Position numbers and translations under genes: made by a program. Of a stretch of DNA of 64,000 nucleotides, positions 11,244 to 24,469 are shown one piece after another. Numbering within the stretch: the first letter of the stretch is position 1; the number at the start of each line of letters is the position of its first letter. The stretch is from Azolla caroliniana (lineage: Eukaryota; Plantae; Polypodiophyta): contig JBHGNT010000018.1 in NCBI GenBank assembly GCA_043228905.1, positions 13,826,001 to 13,890,000 of the forward strand, in the 5' to 3' direction. Under the pieces are notes generated by a model that did no database searches, had not been told where the DNA came from, and worked only from the letters and a program-made list of their open reading frames with translations.

Positions 11244-14057
11244 ATGCCACGCAAAGAATCTCCCTTATGGGACAAATATTGTTTGAATAGACAAGCTGGG
11301 AAGTCATATGGGTCCTATTATTGGGATTGCCGATTTTGTGGTCTTCATGGGACCGGGACACTAACACGTTTAGTTGCTCACCTTGCTGGAATTAAAGGTG
11401 AAGGTATAGACAAGTGTGTGCAAGTAACTCTAGAGGCATATCAAGAGGCTATAACATTAGCACAAGAAAGTGAATTGACTCGCAAGAAGCAAAAACGCAT
11501 CAAAGAAGTGGAAGCCATGGAACAACAAATTGAGTTTAAAGAAGGCATGGTGGAATCAATGGTTGATTCAATGTTCCAATCACAACCATCAATAGCCAAC
11601 ACATGTGCCTCATCTAAGAAGGATACAATTGACCAAATTCCTATGGATATTGAAGATACAGAAGGTTCAAGAAGAAAAAGTCTCACTCAAAGCACCATAA
11701 GGAGAGGATCAAGTCCTGCTATGTTGATGAAGAAAGACTATGCAAACACAATGTTAGTTAGATGCATTGTGGAAGGTAATCTATCTTTTAATCTTTTGAA
11801 AATGTCATGTTGGAGGAACATGTTGTTAGCTTTCTTTGATATTGGGGAAAAGTATAGTGGTATTACCTACAATGATTTAAGAGTTAAGTATTTAAAGAAA
11901 GAGCATTTGAATGTGCAACAAAAAGTGGAAAATGTGAAAGCCCTTTGGCCAAAATATGGAGTTACAATACTTTCAGATGGATGGATTGACACTAGCAAGA
12001 GAGCACTTGTGAATATTTTGGTCTCATGTTGTTATGGAACTATGTACCTCAAAACTATTGATTGTAGTGGTGTTTCTACAAGGGTTGATGGTCCATGGCT
12101 GGCTGAAATGCTTTCAATTGCAATAAAGGAAGTAAAACCCGAAAATGTGGTGCAAATTGTCACTGACAATGCATCTAATTGTGTTAGCATGGGTCACATT
12201 CTAGAGACTGAATTCCCAAGCCTTGTATGGACTCCTTGTGCATCACAATGTCTAGATTTATTGCTAGAGGATATTGGGAAGTTGTCTTGGGTTCATCGAG
12301 TGCACGAGAGAGCAAATTATGTGGTTAAACTATTCACCAAGAAAAGGAATGCGCGGAAAATTTTCAGCAACTATTCGTCTCTTGTGCTTCTTAGGCCAAG
12401 TGCCACTCGATTTGGCTACATTCTTATTGTCCTTGAGAGGCTTGCAAGAGTTTGGAGAGCCCTTGAACAAACTGTGGTTAGCAACTATTGGGAGGATTGG
12501 AGTGACTCCAAAAAGCCAGATGTTGTCAAGGTGAAGTCCATTGTGCAAGACAACTCTACTTTGCCTTCAATTATGATTGTAATTTCTATTATGCGCCCAC
12601 TGTTTTCTGTTTTGCGGCTAACTGATCGTGAAGGATCTACAATGGGCTTACTTTATGAATTCATGAGGAGGGCTAGAGACATATTGCAACGAGGAGCGAG
12701 AGAAGACACATCAAACAAAGACATGTAATTTATTCTAATATTATTATTTCTATGTAGTAGGTAGTATGTACAATTGTTATTAATTGTATCTTTTTCATTT
12801 CTTTGAATCATTGTTATCATCGATGTTATGCATATTTCCAATAATTGATTTCTATAATATTCATATTTATGTTAATGCAAATATAAAGAGGTTTTGGAAT
12901 GCTTTGATTGTCATTGGTCATGGTTCAAAAAGCCAATTCATATTGTTGCACATATTTTGCATCCTTTATGGAAGCCCAAAGATCAACCAATAGTTATGAA
13001 TGCAGAGATGACAGATGGATGGCTTGGGTATATTCAAAAGTTATATTCTATAGATGAATGTGAAATCTTACAAGATCAATTTGACATGTATAGAAATGGT
13101 GTGGGCCGATTTAGCAATGAACTATCAAAATCACACATTGCAAAATGCAAACCTATCTCATGGTGGGAAAGATATGGGGACAATGTGCCCTTACTACAAT
13201 CATTAGCTTGTCGAGTATTGTCTCAGGTATTATAGTTTAAAAAAAAAATTGTGTCAATGTTATTAATCTTTTACAATGACATATATTCATGTTGTTTGTT
13301 GAATACTTTGTGTCATAGGATTGCTCTTCTGGAGCTGCTGAAAGAAATTGGAATGCACATGCGTTGGCACATACAAAAAGGAGGAATCGTTTGAAGGTGA
13401 AACAAGTGGAGAGATTAGTATATGTTAGAGAAAACTTAAGGCTTGTTCAGAGCTTTCAAACTCATGTTGGTCTTCCAATGCAGGTCTACATCTTTCTTAT
13501 TCATATTTGACATTTGACGTTTAGAGTCTAGACAAGTCATTTATAGGTTAATTAATGAGCCTTGTGAATTGGTTATGGTTTTAAAATGATCAATCATGAT
13601 CATGATACCATGATATTATTTGATTTAGGTTAATCCAGATGAGATAGACATTGACAAGACTCCTGAAATGCCTCCATCAACAACCGATATTGACACTCAA
13701 GTCGCACAAACATATTTTGAGGAAGCCGAGGCTATGCATATTGGTCGGGTTACTCGGAGTAGATCTAAGTTTGCTACTATGATAGTGGATGAAGGACTGG
13801 TAGGTTCAAGTTCTAGCACTATTAGAGGAGGTCGTGTTCGTAGTCGTGCTTGTGTGAGAGTTTCAAGTACAAGAAGGGTACTTACTCGACAAGCTACAAA
13901 TATTCCTTGCAATGCTGAATATGGTAATGATGATGGAGAACAAGATGATGAAGACATTGACAATGACACAATTGATTCATTTTTTGATAGTGATTATGTG
14001 GACAACTATGATGATACAACTGAATCCTCAAATGATGATGTAGAAGAGGAAATATAA
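11244..14057 (+). CDS. hAT transposase, exons 11244-12724, 12881-13226, 13319-13483, 13629-14057 (806 aa if spliced; first acceptor is AA, probably defective)
   Basis: BED-type zinc finger (WDCRFC...HL); DUF659-like catalytic region (SDGW, VTDNA, PCASQCLDL, TRF); hAT dimerisation motif (WW..YG, SS..ERNW, KRRNRL); acidic tail. Introns 2 and 3 are GT-AG and in phase. Confidence 0.85.
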
Positions 14058-15658
14058 TTGAAAATAGAATGAAGATCATTTATTACTGGTTTTTACATAT
14101 TCATTTGAATTAGAGAACCAATAACTATGAGTATGAAGAAATTCTAAGTTCTAAATTAGTAAATTCTAATAGTATTTTGATCACTCTATTCAATTTCCAC
14201 GATTTGAGTGTTGAAATGATATGTGTTTTCATTTTGATTCGAATTTCAAACTTCAATTGTGTTCACCACTTTCATTTTAATTTATAAAATATGTATATCA
14301 TGTGTATTGAAACATAGATAACCATGTGGTATCGATGGAGAATAAAGATAATTGGTATTTACTCTATAGTACTCAAATTTCAAGTATCTTTGTATTCAAC
14401 GTATTCAACGTATTTAACGTATTCAACGTATTTTACCTTTAAAATACGTATTCTAAGAACTTATATATATTTTTTAGAATACTTATAAAATACGTAGCAT
14501 ACGTATTGTACGTGTACGGTATGCTACGTATGTTACAACCATGCCGTGGAGAGCCGAGACATCACTACCATGCGGACACTGATAGGATTAGTCCGGATGT
14601 GTACGCTACCACAAGGCGCGACGAACTCAGTCGCACATACGATGAATGCGATGAACAAGGTGCTAGGGGATTGCATACCGGAGATAATGATGCCATTCCT
14701 AGATGACATTCCGATGAAAGGGTGTGCGGTGGAAGAAAAAGATGAAGCTATGGATGAACGGGGATGCCGAAGGTTCGTAGTCAACCATATTCGTGATTGT
14801 GAGAAAGTGTTACGGAAGTTAGAAGATGTGCATCTAACACTTTCTGGAGAGAAATCGGCATTCGGACAAGAAGAAATATTGGAAGTCGGACATCTATGTG
14901 GGCCCTACGGCCGAAGACCGTCACCAACCAAGATCAATGCGATTCAAGCTATGAAAGAAGTATGCGATTCACAATCCGAAGTCCGAAGGTTTCTTGGAGC
15001 ATGTGCATTCTATCACATATAGATTTCGCACTACACACATATTGCGGACCCGCTCTATCACTTGTTGCGGAAGGGGAAGAAGTTCGAATGGAAACCGGAA
15101 CACACCGAAGCCATGAGGAAGCTCAAGAAAACACTGCGGAGGGCTGAAGCTCTAAAGAAGCCGAACTATGACCGACCGGTTATAGTTGACAGGAACTCAC
15201 GCTCCCTTCTCGCAACACTCGGCCACAACCGAGCTTAGAATCATACACAGAAAAAACGGTGAAAGAATACACGACACGAAGAAGAGAAGAGTACACAGGA
15301 TGTTTACGGGGAAAACCCAAACTAAGGGAAAAAACAACGGCAGCCCACAGGCTGCAAACAATCACTATGTTAGAATGTACAACAGTGAGTTCACGGAGGC
15401 AACAACCTCGTGCTCACGATCTTCACCACAGGCGGCGGTTACAACAGAGGCAACAACCTCTTTCTCTCTCTGTACACAGTTACACACTCTCTCTCTCCTT
15501 GCACCAACAAGAATGACAACAACTCTACATTACACAATAAGTTTGCCCTAAGTCATATTTATACTAATATGACTTTTCGGCTATTTACAAATATAGCCTC
15601 GATGGACTCTCAGAAACATATTTACGAATATGTCTCTTCATCCGGTGAGCACTCCTCA

Positions 15659-15880
15659 CCGGGTCTGCACCATTCGGCTCTCCATAGCCGGGTACTCCTC
15701 ATCCGGTTCTCACCGGGTCTGCACCATCCGGCTCTTCGTAACCGTGTACTCCTCATCCGGTTCTCACCGGGTCTGCACCATCCGGCTCTCCGTAGCCGGG
15801 TACTCCTCATCCAGTTCTCATCGGGTCTGCACCATCCGGCTCTCCGTAGCCGGGTACTCATCCGGTTCTCACCGGGTCTG
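15659..15880. repeat. 54-bp tandem repeat in U3 of the F LTR (4 units plus a partial; 3 units plus a partial at 20440-20611)
   Basis: Unit CCGGGTCTGCACCATCCGGCTCTCCGTAGCCGGGTACTCCTCATCCGGTTCTCA starts at 15659, 15713, 15767, 15821 and 15872. Confidence 0.9.
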
Positions 15881-15919
15881 CATGATCCAGAGGGACCTGT
15901 TTCCTAACAAACTCCCCCT

Positions 15920-18900
15920 TCACTCCGGCATGGGATGTCTTGCTAGTTCGACTCGCTTCCGGCATGCATCCAGCTTGTTGGGTATCAGTACTTTGGTCAA
16001 CATATCTGACCCGTTCTCGGCCGTGTGGATCTTCGTTAGCGCGAACTCCTGGTCATCTACTCTTTCCCGGATCCAGTGATACCTTCGCTGAATATGCTTC
16101 GTCCGGGAATGGTAGGGCGCATTCTTAGCAAGGTGGATGGCACTTTGACTGTCGCAGTAGAGCCGGTATTCATCTTGCCGGATACCGAGCTCTCCGATGA
16201 AGTCCTTCATCCATAATATTTCCTTGCCGGCTTCGACAGCCGCTATGTACTCTGCCTTCGTGGTTGACAACGCATCCGTCTTCTACAGCCTCGACTGCCA
16301 CGAAACAACTCCTCCTGCATATGTCATTACATACCCGGATGTAGACCGGCTGGTATCCACATCAGCCGACATGTCTGAATTGGTAAAACCGTCAAGTTGA
16401 GGTTTTCCGGAGCCGAATCGGAGACACATATTCGAAGTGCCCTTCAGGTAATGGAGTATCCATTTGACCGCATTCCAGTGCTCCTTGCCGGGATTGCTCA
16501 TGAACCGGCTCACCACTCCCATTGCATAACCTATATCCGGTTGGGTACACACCATTGTGTACATTAAGCTCCCGACGGCAGAGGCATATGGAACCTTCGT
16601 CATATCAGCCTTCTCTGCTTTCGTCTTCGGACTTTGCTTACCGGATAACCTGCAGTTTGCTGGGAGTGTCGATCCGACCGGTTTCGCATCTGACATGTTG
16701 AACCGATGAAGCACCTTTGTCACGTACTTCTCCTGTGACAGCCACAATTGCTTCGTTGACTGGTTCCGGATAATATGCATCCCCAACATCTGTCTTGCCG
16801 GGCCCAAGTCTTTCATTGAGAAGGTCCGGTTGAGAGCCTTCTTCAACATCCGTATTTTGGCTTGGTTTCGTCCGACAATCAACATGTCGTCCACGTACAG
16901 AAGGAGTATCAGGAAGTCGCCTCCTTCGAACTTCTTCACAAACACGCAGTGATCGGCCTACGTCTTGTGGTACCCTTGATCGGTCATGAAGGAGTCGAAC
17001 TTCCGGTACCATTGCCGGGGAGCCTGCTTCAGTCCGTACAGGCTCTTCTTCAACCGGCATACCATGTGCTCCTTCCCTTTCTCCACGAATCCTTCCGGTT
17101 GCTGCATGTAGATCTCCTCTTCGAGGTCGCCGTGAAGGAATGTCGTCTTCACGTCCAGCTGCTCTACCTCGAGGTTCATGCTTACCGCTATACTCAGCAC
17201 CGTCCGGATGGAGGTCATCTTTACTACCGGGGCAAATATCTCGTCGAAGTCCACGCCCTTCTTCTGTTGGAACCCCTTCACCACGATCCTGGCTTTGTAT
17301 CTCGGGGGGTTGCCAGCATCTCCCGGTTTCAACTTGTAGACCCACTTATTTCGGAGTGCCCGCTTTCCTTTCGGCAACTCCACCAATTCGTACGTATGGT
17401 TCTCATGCAGGGAATCCATCTTGTCCTGCATGGCACTTAACCATTTTCGGCTGTGGGTGCCACCCTTCGCTTCTTCGAAGCTTTCTGGCTCCCCCTCATC
17501 GGTTAACAGCACATGCTCTGCATCTGGAAATCTCCGGGGGGCCCTTCTCTCTCTAAGAGGATATCTCCGTCTTTGGGCTTCGGTAACCGGCTCCACCATT
17601 TGCTCTTCATCCGAATCCCATTCGGGGTCTTGGCCGGTTCCTGTTTCAGCTTCCTCTACTTCTTCTTCTGCCGGTCCTGTATCCTCACCGTAACCAGCTG
17701 GTTCCTTGAGTGCTAACCGGTCTCTTGCTGGTTGGGTCTGTTCATCGTAGAATCGATCCTTACCGGTCGACTCGGAGCTCATTATCTTCTTCTCTGACTC
17801 CCAGTCGGCGAGCGTCTTGTCCTCCATGAAGATAATATCTCGACTCCGGAATAGCTTCTTGTCGACAAGGTCCCACACTCGGTAGCCGAACTCATCGTTG
17901 TCGTAACCGAACAATATGCATGGCCGGGTCTTTGGATCTAACTTTCCTCTCCGGTCCTTAGCTACATGCACGTACGCGAGACACCCGAATACCTTCAGAT
18001 GCCGGTAGGACACTTCCTTACCGGTCCATACACTCTGTGGCGTGTCTCCGTCCAAGGGTACTGAGGGTGATCTGTTTATCACATATGTCGCCGTCGACAG
18101 TGCCTCAGCCCAAAACTTCTTGGGTAGTTTTGCATGCGCTACCATACTCCGGACCCTCTCCATTATGGTCCGGTTCATCCTCTCGGTTAGCCCGTTTAGT
18201 TCCGGCGTCTTCGGCACGGTAAATTCGAGCCAGATTCCCTTCGAGCGACAGTACTCCTCGAACTGCCCCCGGTATTCGCCTCCGTTATCTGCTCGAACCG
18301 CCTTCAGCTTCCGACCGGTTTCTCTTTCCACTCTCGCGTGGAGCTCTTTGAAGATGGATAACACCTGATCCTTCGTCTTCAACGGTGTGGCCCACAGCTT
18401 CCGGCTATGGTCATCTATGAACGTCACAAAGTACTGCGATCCTGCATGTGACTTCGTGTCCACTTGACACACATCAGTATGCACCAACTCCAATGGTGCA
18501 TTATGTCTCATCGGTGGCCTCGGTCGGAAGGAGGTCCGGTTTTGCTTACCGGCCAGACAATCAGTGCACTTCTCCAAGTGCACGTTCTTCACTGGAATGA
18601 GGTTTTCTTCTGCAAGCCTCTTCATCCCCTTCTTGCTCATGTGACACAGCCTCTTGTGCCACAGCTCATCGGCAATGTCAGATGCCACGTTCACTTCCTC
18701 CGGACATAACCGGGCATTCATCAGGTACAATGTGTTGACCTTCCGGGCTCGGGCCACAATCAGGCTCCCCTTGCTGAACTTCATAACACCGTTCCGGATG
18801 CTACCTGTGTAGCCTTCATCATCTAGCCGACCGGCTGATATCAGGTTCAGAAGAACCTCCGAAACGTGTCGGACATCCTTCAACAGCATCTTGCATCCGG

Positions 18901-19936
18901 TTGGTGTTGTCAGCCACACGTCTCCTATGCCGACAATTCGGCATGTACCTTCATTCCCCATCCGGACACAGCCGTGATCACCGGCTGAGTAGGATGAGAA
19001 GCATTTCCGGTCCGGGTTAAGGTGGAATGACGCTCCGGAGTCGACCACCCAGGTCATCTCATCACCAACAAGGTTTATCTCACTCTCCTCGGTGATGAGC
19101 ATCAACTCTTCTTCACTTGCCGCGATTCCGATCGTTCCCTTCCGGTCCGGTGTCCGCTTTGAATCAGTGCCGTCAGTTTCCTTGTCTTTACGGAAATGCC
19201 GACAGTTCTTCTGGAAGTTTCCCGGCTTGCCGCAATAGAAGCAAGTAGGCCTCCCCCTTGACTTTGACCGTGTCCCCGACTTTTCACGGTTCTGGGGGCT
19301 ACGGTTCCTTTGTCTTCCGCGTTCCGATTCGGTAAGGAGCGCTTTGGAGTCGGAGCTCGTATCCTTATCTTTCCGACGCGCCTCCTCATCTAGCAAGCTC
19401 GACTTCACTCTTGGTAGGGATAACCGTTTCCCTTCCGGCCCGGCATTGCCCAAAGTGACAACCAACGTCTCCCAGCTATCCAGGAGGGAACCGAGCAGGA
19501 GTAGTGCTAGTACCTCATTGGCAAGAGGTACTTCCAATGATGTTGCCTGGTGGACCAGCCCTTGGAAGGCATTCATGTGCTCCCCCCTGCTGGAGCCATC
19601 TTGGTACCGGAGTCTTACTAGCTTTCGGAATACCGAAACCTGATTAACAACATTTTTGTTCTGAAACATAATGTCGATCTTCTCCCAGAGCTCATGAGCC
19701 TTGCTCTCTTCATTGAAGTTGTTGTATAGACTCATGTCGATGAAGCACCGTATGTAAGCCGTTGTCTTCATGTGCATCACCTCCCATATCGTGGCATCGA
19801 TTTTGTCCGGTCTCTTGTCCCCAAACTGAACCGGCAACCAAAGATCTTTAACCACGAGCATGTCCCTCATCTTCGACTTCCACACTGAATAGTTGGAGCC
19901 GGTGAGCTTGAACATGCCTCCCAACGAGTCGTCCAT
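15920..19936 (-). pseudogene. Copia F gag-pol polyprotein, nearly intact (in-frame TAG at 16958, frameshift near 16280)
   Basis: 992-aa ORF with gag, knuckle, PR (WVVDSGAS), GAG-pre-integrase, INT (DNGGEY) and RT start; continues LLLYVDDML and RNase H (RTKHI). Confidence 0.92.
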
Positions 19937-22618
19937 TTTCTGTGTTGTTTCACTCTGATACCACTTGACAGGAACTCACACTCCCTTCTCGCAACGCTCG
20001 GCCACAACCGAGCTTAGAATCATACACAGAAAAAACGGTGAAAGAATACACGACACGAAGAAGAGAAGAGTACACAGGATGTTTACGGGGAAAACCCAAA
20101 CTAAGGGAAAAAACAACGGCAGCCCACAGGCTGCAAACAATCACTATGTTAGAATGTACAATAGTGAGTTCACGGAGGCAACGACCTCGTGCTCACGATC
20201 TTCGCCACAGGCGGCGGTTACAACAGAGGCAACAACCTCTTTCTCTCTCTGTACACAGTTACACACTCTCTCTCTCTCCTTGCACCAACAAGAATGACAA
20301 CAACTCTACATTACACAATAAGTTTGCCCTAAGTCATATTTATACTAATATGACTTTTCGGCTATTTACAAATATAGCCTCGATGGACTCTCAGAAACAT
20401 ATTTACGAATATGTCTCTTCATCCGGTGAGCACTCCTCACCGGGTCTGCACCGTCCGGCTCTCTGTAGCCGGGTACTCCTTATCTAGTTCTCACCGGGTC
20501 TGCACCATCCGGCTCTCCGTAACCGGGTACTCCTCATCCGGTTCTCACCGGGTCTGCACCATCCGGCTCTCCGTAGCCGGGTACTCCTTATCCGGTTCTC
20601 ACCGGGTCTGCAACATCCGGAGGGACCTGTTTCCTAACAATTGTAATGGTTGATACAAGTCCAACCGGAATCGGATGGGTCATCAATCAACTCGACTCGG
20701 ATGGTTCGCGATATCTGATCCGATTTGGAGCAAAGGTTCTCAACGAAAGGCAACGCGGGTATGCGCAAGTCAAAAGGGAATTATGGGGAGTCGTGTGGGC
20801 AATCAAATCGGATCGAGATTATTTGATCGGAGCCGAAGTAGTGATCGAAACAGATTGTCTTCTGATACTCGGGATGATGCGGTGTTGTACTATACCGGAT
20901 GTGGCTATGCTAAGGTGGATTGCATATGTTATGTCACTTAATCCGGAGGTAAGACACATCTCCGGAAAAGACAACGTTGTAGCGGATATGCTATCAAGGG
21001 CGCGGTTCGGAGATGACATAACCGAATCCGATAATGAAGAAGTTTCCGAAGACTACTTTGCTTCGGAGCACATATGCCGGGTGGACGTAATCCAAGAATT
21101 CCGGGAAGAAGAATACGAGGGAGAAAGCTTGTTGATTGGGAAAATGCTACGAGAAATCGAGGAATCATCGGACAATAAAGAGAAGAGAGCCGAGATCCGA
21201 AGTAAGAAACGGCAAGTCCGAAAGTTCTTCTTGAAAAATGGATTTTTATGGAAGGAGCCGAAAAGACCGGGTGGCATACCAGTTCGAGTAGTCGGGACAA
21301 AAGAGCAACAAAACCAGTTAATGTCTGAATTTCACAAATCTGATTGGGCTGGACATCGGGGAACATGGGCAACATTTGGGAAGATCAAGCAAAGATATTG
21401 GTGGAAGAATATGTACAAAGATGTCGCGGAGTTCACGGAAAGCTGCGAGAAGTGTCAAATCTACTCCAGAGTTCGACACCGAGATGAGTTACATCCGACA
21501 TTGTCACCGACAATCAACTTCAAATGGATGGTCGACATTGTAGCCATGCCAACCAGGATCGGACAAAAGAAGTACTTGGTGTTAGCTCGGGAAGATCTCA
21601 CAAATCAAGTAGAAGGTCGGGCGCTACGAAGAAAAATGTGTTCTGCGGTATGCCAATTTCTTTTGGAAGAAGTGTTTTGCAAGTATGGGTGCGTAGGACA
21701 AGTGATTGCGGATCGGGGAGAACTTCACTCTGATAAAGGTAGGGGATTCTTCGCCAAACATGGAGTTCAGTTAACACTAACAACGGCATACAATCCAGAA
21801 GCCAACGGGAAGGTCGAGCGAGGACATAGTCCGATCGTCAAAGCACTTGCCAAAGCATGCAACGGAAGGGTGATGGATTGGCCGCAGATGCTCTTGTATG
21901 CACTATGGACGGATCGGACGAGCCATAGCTCCGTAACCGGTTATATGCCGGCAGAACTTATGACCGGACAAGCACCTGTCCGGTCATAAGTTCTGCCGGC
22001 ATATAATGCCGACGGAAACCGCAATCGCGACATGGACAATACTACCGTGGAAGGAAGAGATGAGCCGAGAAGAACTACTAGCGGTCTGGATATGACAACT
22101 GGAGGGAAGACCGAAAGATGTAGCGGAAGCGTCACGCCGACAACAAGAAGCGCGACTCCGGAACAAAAGCCGGTTCGACACCAAGCACTGACTACGACCA
22201 CAGAAGATTGAAGAAGGAGATTGGGTGATTGTCTATGACAGTAGTTTGGATCATCAACATACAACGGTACGGAAGTTCGCAAAAAGGTGGTTCGGCCCAT
22301 ATGAGGTTCGGAAAGTTTTCGACAACGGAACTTACCGACTAAGTCAGTTGGATGGAACGATGCTACGAGTGCCTATAGCAGGGAAACGGGTGAAGATCTT
22401 CAAGAAGCGGACTAACAACGAATCTTATGTAGCCATAGACGAGACCGACAATGAGGAGCAACTAGACAAAGATCGCAGTGATGCGGATAGCGAAGAAAGT
22501 GGACTTCAACTCGTAGTCGACATAAGGAAGATTTGGAGAGCGATACGGATGGAGGCGAATATAGAACATCGGGAACTTCGGCACATACCAGAGGATGTGC
22601 GGGTTTAGAGGGGGTGAG

Positions 22619-23436
22619 TGTCGTAGTGTAATTTACACACTACGAGGAAATTGCATTTTGTCCATCCGGATAGAGAATGAAATACCCGGTGAGAACCGGA
22701 CGAAGAGGAACCGGCAATGAGGAATTGGCAAACTGGCAAGGAGGAATCGGCAAGGAAGAGCCGAATGAAGAAGGCCGGTGAGAGTCTCTTACGAGATGAA
22801 GAGACACAATTGTAAATAAAAGAAACATTTAAATTTCTATTATGTGCATAGGGCAGGATTCGAACGCTGCACCTCCAGCCTTACCATTATACTAACTTAT
22901 TCTGAGTGTTTCAAATATAGATTTAATACGTATAAAACCTTTATTTTCGCCTACCTTTATTAAAAGGTAAGTCATGCATTTTAGAATGCGTGAAAACTTT
23001 ATTTATATGCACACTAATAAAATTTCTCATGCACATCTAGCGGGCATGAATGCTAAATTTAGGAAATTGTAGTGGGAAAAGAAAAGCATGCAAATTTAGA
23101 GAGCATGAACACTTTAGAAAAGCAAGAAGCTATGCTTAGCTTCTCCCGTCCTTATATAAGGAGGAGAGAAAGATGTATAAGGGTTGGTTATTTTTGGATT
23201 AAGTATTGATCAATATAAAAATTATTCGTGGGATTCACGATTTATGCATCTACTTCTTTCTTAACAACCTAAGTATCAATTAATATAGTATACTCGTGTG
23301 ATTCACGAGTTTCTTATCTTTCTCTTTGCTATCTACTCATAATTAATCTCTATCTCACGATCTCCTTTCTCCTAGTCCAAAACCCCAGCGGTTCCCACCC
23401 GACTCATGTAACGATCCGGCACCGAGAGGCACGACA
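22619..23436 (+). repeat. 3' LTR of Gypsy E (818 bp)
   Basis: As the 5' LTR, plus about 22 bp of extra GGAAxxGGCAA-type repeat near 22720-22740. Confidence 0.95.
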
Positions 23437-24469
23437 ACGTATAGCATTTCTCCAAAATTGGGAGGCGAATCATGTCTCCCAACGACTGAACGAAGCAGAG
23501 GCAGAACGATAAAAAAATGCGGAATTTGGCATGACTTTGGGGGGACCCGCGGCACGTTGGCACTCAAAGCACCTCCCCGGCAGTATCGCCACGTTTGACA
23601 AGTTAAAAACAAGATTTTTACAATTTTTCCATAGATAGGTGGATCAAAGAGAAATTGTCGGGCAATTCTGTACGACACGATATGACCCGTCAGAAACCAT
23701 TCAGCAGTTCGGTATTCGGTTTGAGACGATGCATAGTCAACTCACTAGAGCACCGCCGGAAGAACAAGCGAAGGTGGTATTTTTGCCAACGCTCCGAGAA
23801 CCCCCCTGAACTGTGTGTGCGGCCATTTATTTTCGGACCAACACAATAGACCAGGTCATAGAGATGGACAAAACTAGTTCGTGGTTAACGATGGGGGCAC
23901 TCCAGAGAACACTCCCTACCAAAGAGGACCTACACTTTCGCTAGGCGGTCCAATGCACAATGCGCCTTAACCTCGGGCAATCAACAATAGAGTGCACGAT
24001 GAGATCGCAGTGCATGCTATGTCATTCCTAGTCACACACAATGGACCGCTGCGAATACAACCTATTGAATCGGCAAGCTACACCAGTCCGGCACATGGAG
24101 ACCCGGAACGACCGAGAAGGCAAAGAAGAACGATTTCAGCGAGACGATCGTTACCGACCGGTACAAGAAGTCCGATACAGTGACTGACGGGACGATTATA
24201 ACCAGAACCGAAGCAAGAGAAGCCGCGACTATAATGGCGATCGTTATGATCGAGATTACTCCTCCGACTATAATCGGGGAAGAGAGGATCAACGGGGAGA
24301 CTATGAAGACCGGCACCGGCAAGGATACTAGAACAACCGACGCTATAATAAAAAAAGAAACTCTCGGAAAGAGGATCATCAGGAACCAGCAAAGGATTAC
24401 TAGCACTCAAATGGAACAAAGAAGAGCAGAGGAGCCTAACCAGGCAGTATCCGGATTTCAAGCGGGTAA

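Larger units (their letters stand above)
9811..14543 (+). mobile_element. hAT DNA transposon inserted in the RT of E
   Basis: 8-bp TSD CCGTAGAA (9803-9810) / CCGTGGAG (14544-14551). Imperfect TIRs CTTTGTTGTTA / revcomp CATGGTTGTAA. CGTATT subterminal repeats. Host RT QFQLAV|ESRDITTM is restored on removal. Confidence 0.92.
15187..20639 (-). mobile_element. Ty1/Copia element F, full length and young
   Basis: LTRs 15187-15909 and 19966-20639. TSD ATAGT/ATTGT. PBS TGGTATCAGAG (19953-19963, minus). PPT GAAGGGGGAG (about 15912-15921, minus). Confidence 0.95.
6790..22608 (+). pseudogene. gag-pol of Gypsy E in three pieces (6790-9810, 14544-15186, 20640-22608)
   Basis: Gag with CIWCDSTEH..C knuckle; protease ALIDHGSEINL; RT (YSIGDLCSGYDQ|LPQGATNSVA, PFLDDIP); RNase H (VDTSPTGIG); integrase (HHCC, WMVDIV, FGPY). 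Reading continues across both insertions; several stops and frameshifts. Confidence 0.9.
5956..23436 (+). mobile_element. Ty3/Gypsy element E (tRNA-Trp PBS, 4-bp TSD), hosting the hAT and Copia F
   Basis: Near-identical LTRs 5956-6751 and 22619-23436 (TGTCG..CGACA). TSD ACGT (5952-5955 and 23437-23440). PBS 6756-6773. PPT AGAGGGGGTGAG before 22619. Confidence 0.95.

Noticed and set aside
15659-15880. Regular repeats as a CRISPR array
   Set aside because: Head-to-tail 54-bp units with no unique spacers, inside an LTR of a eukaryotic element; no cas genes.
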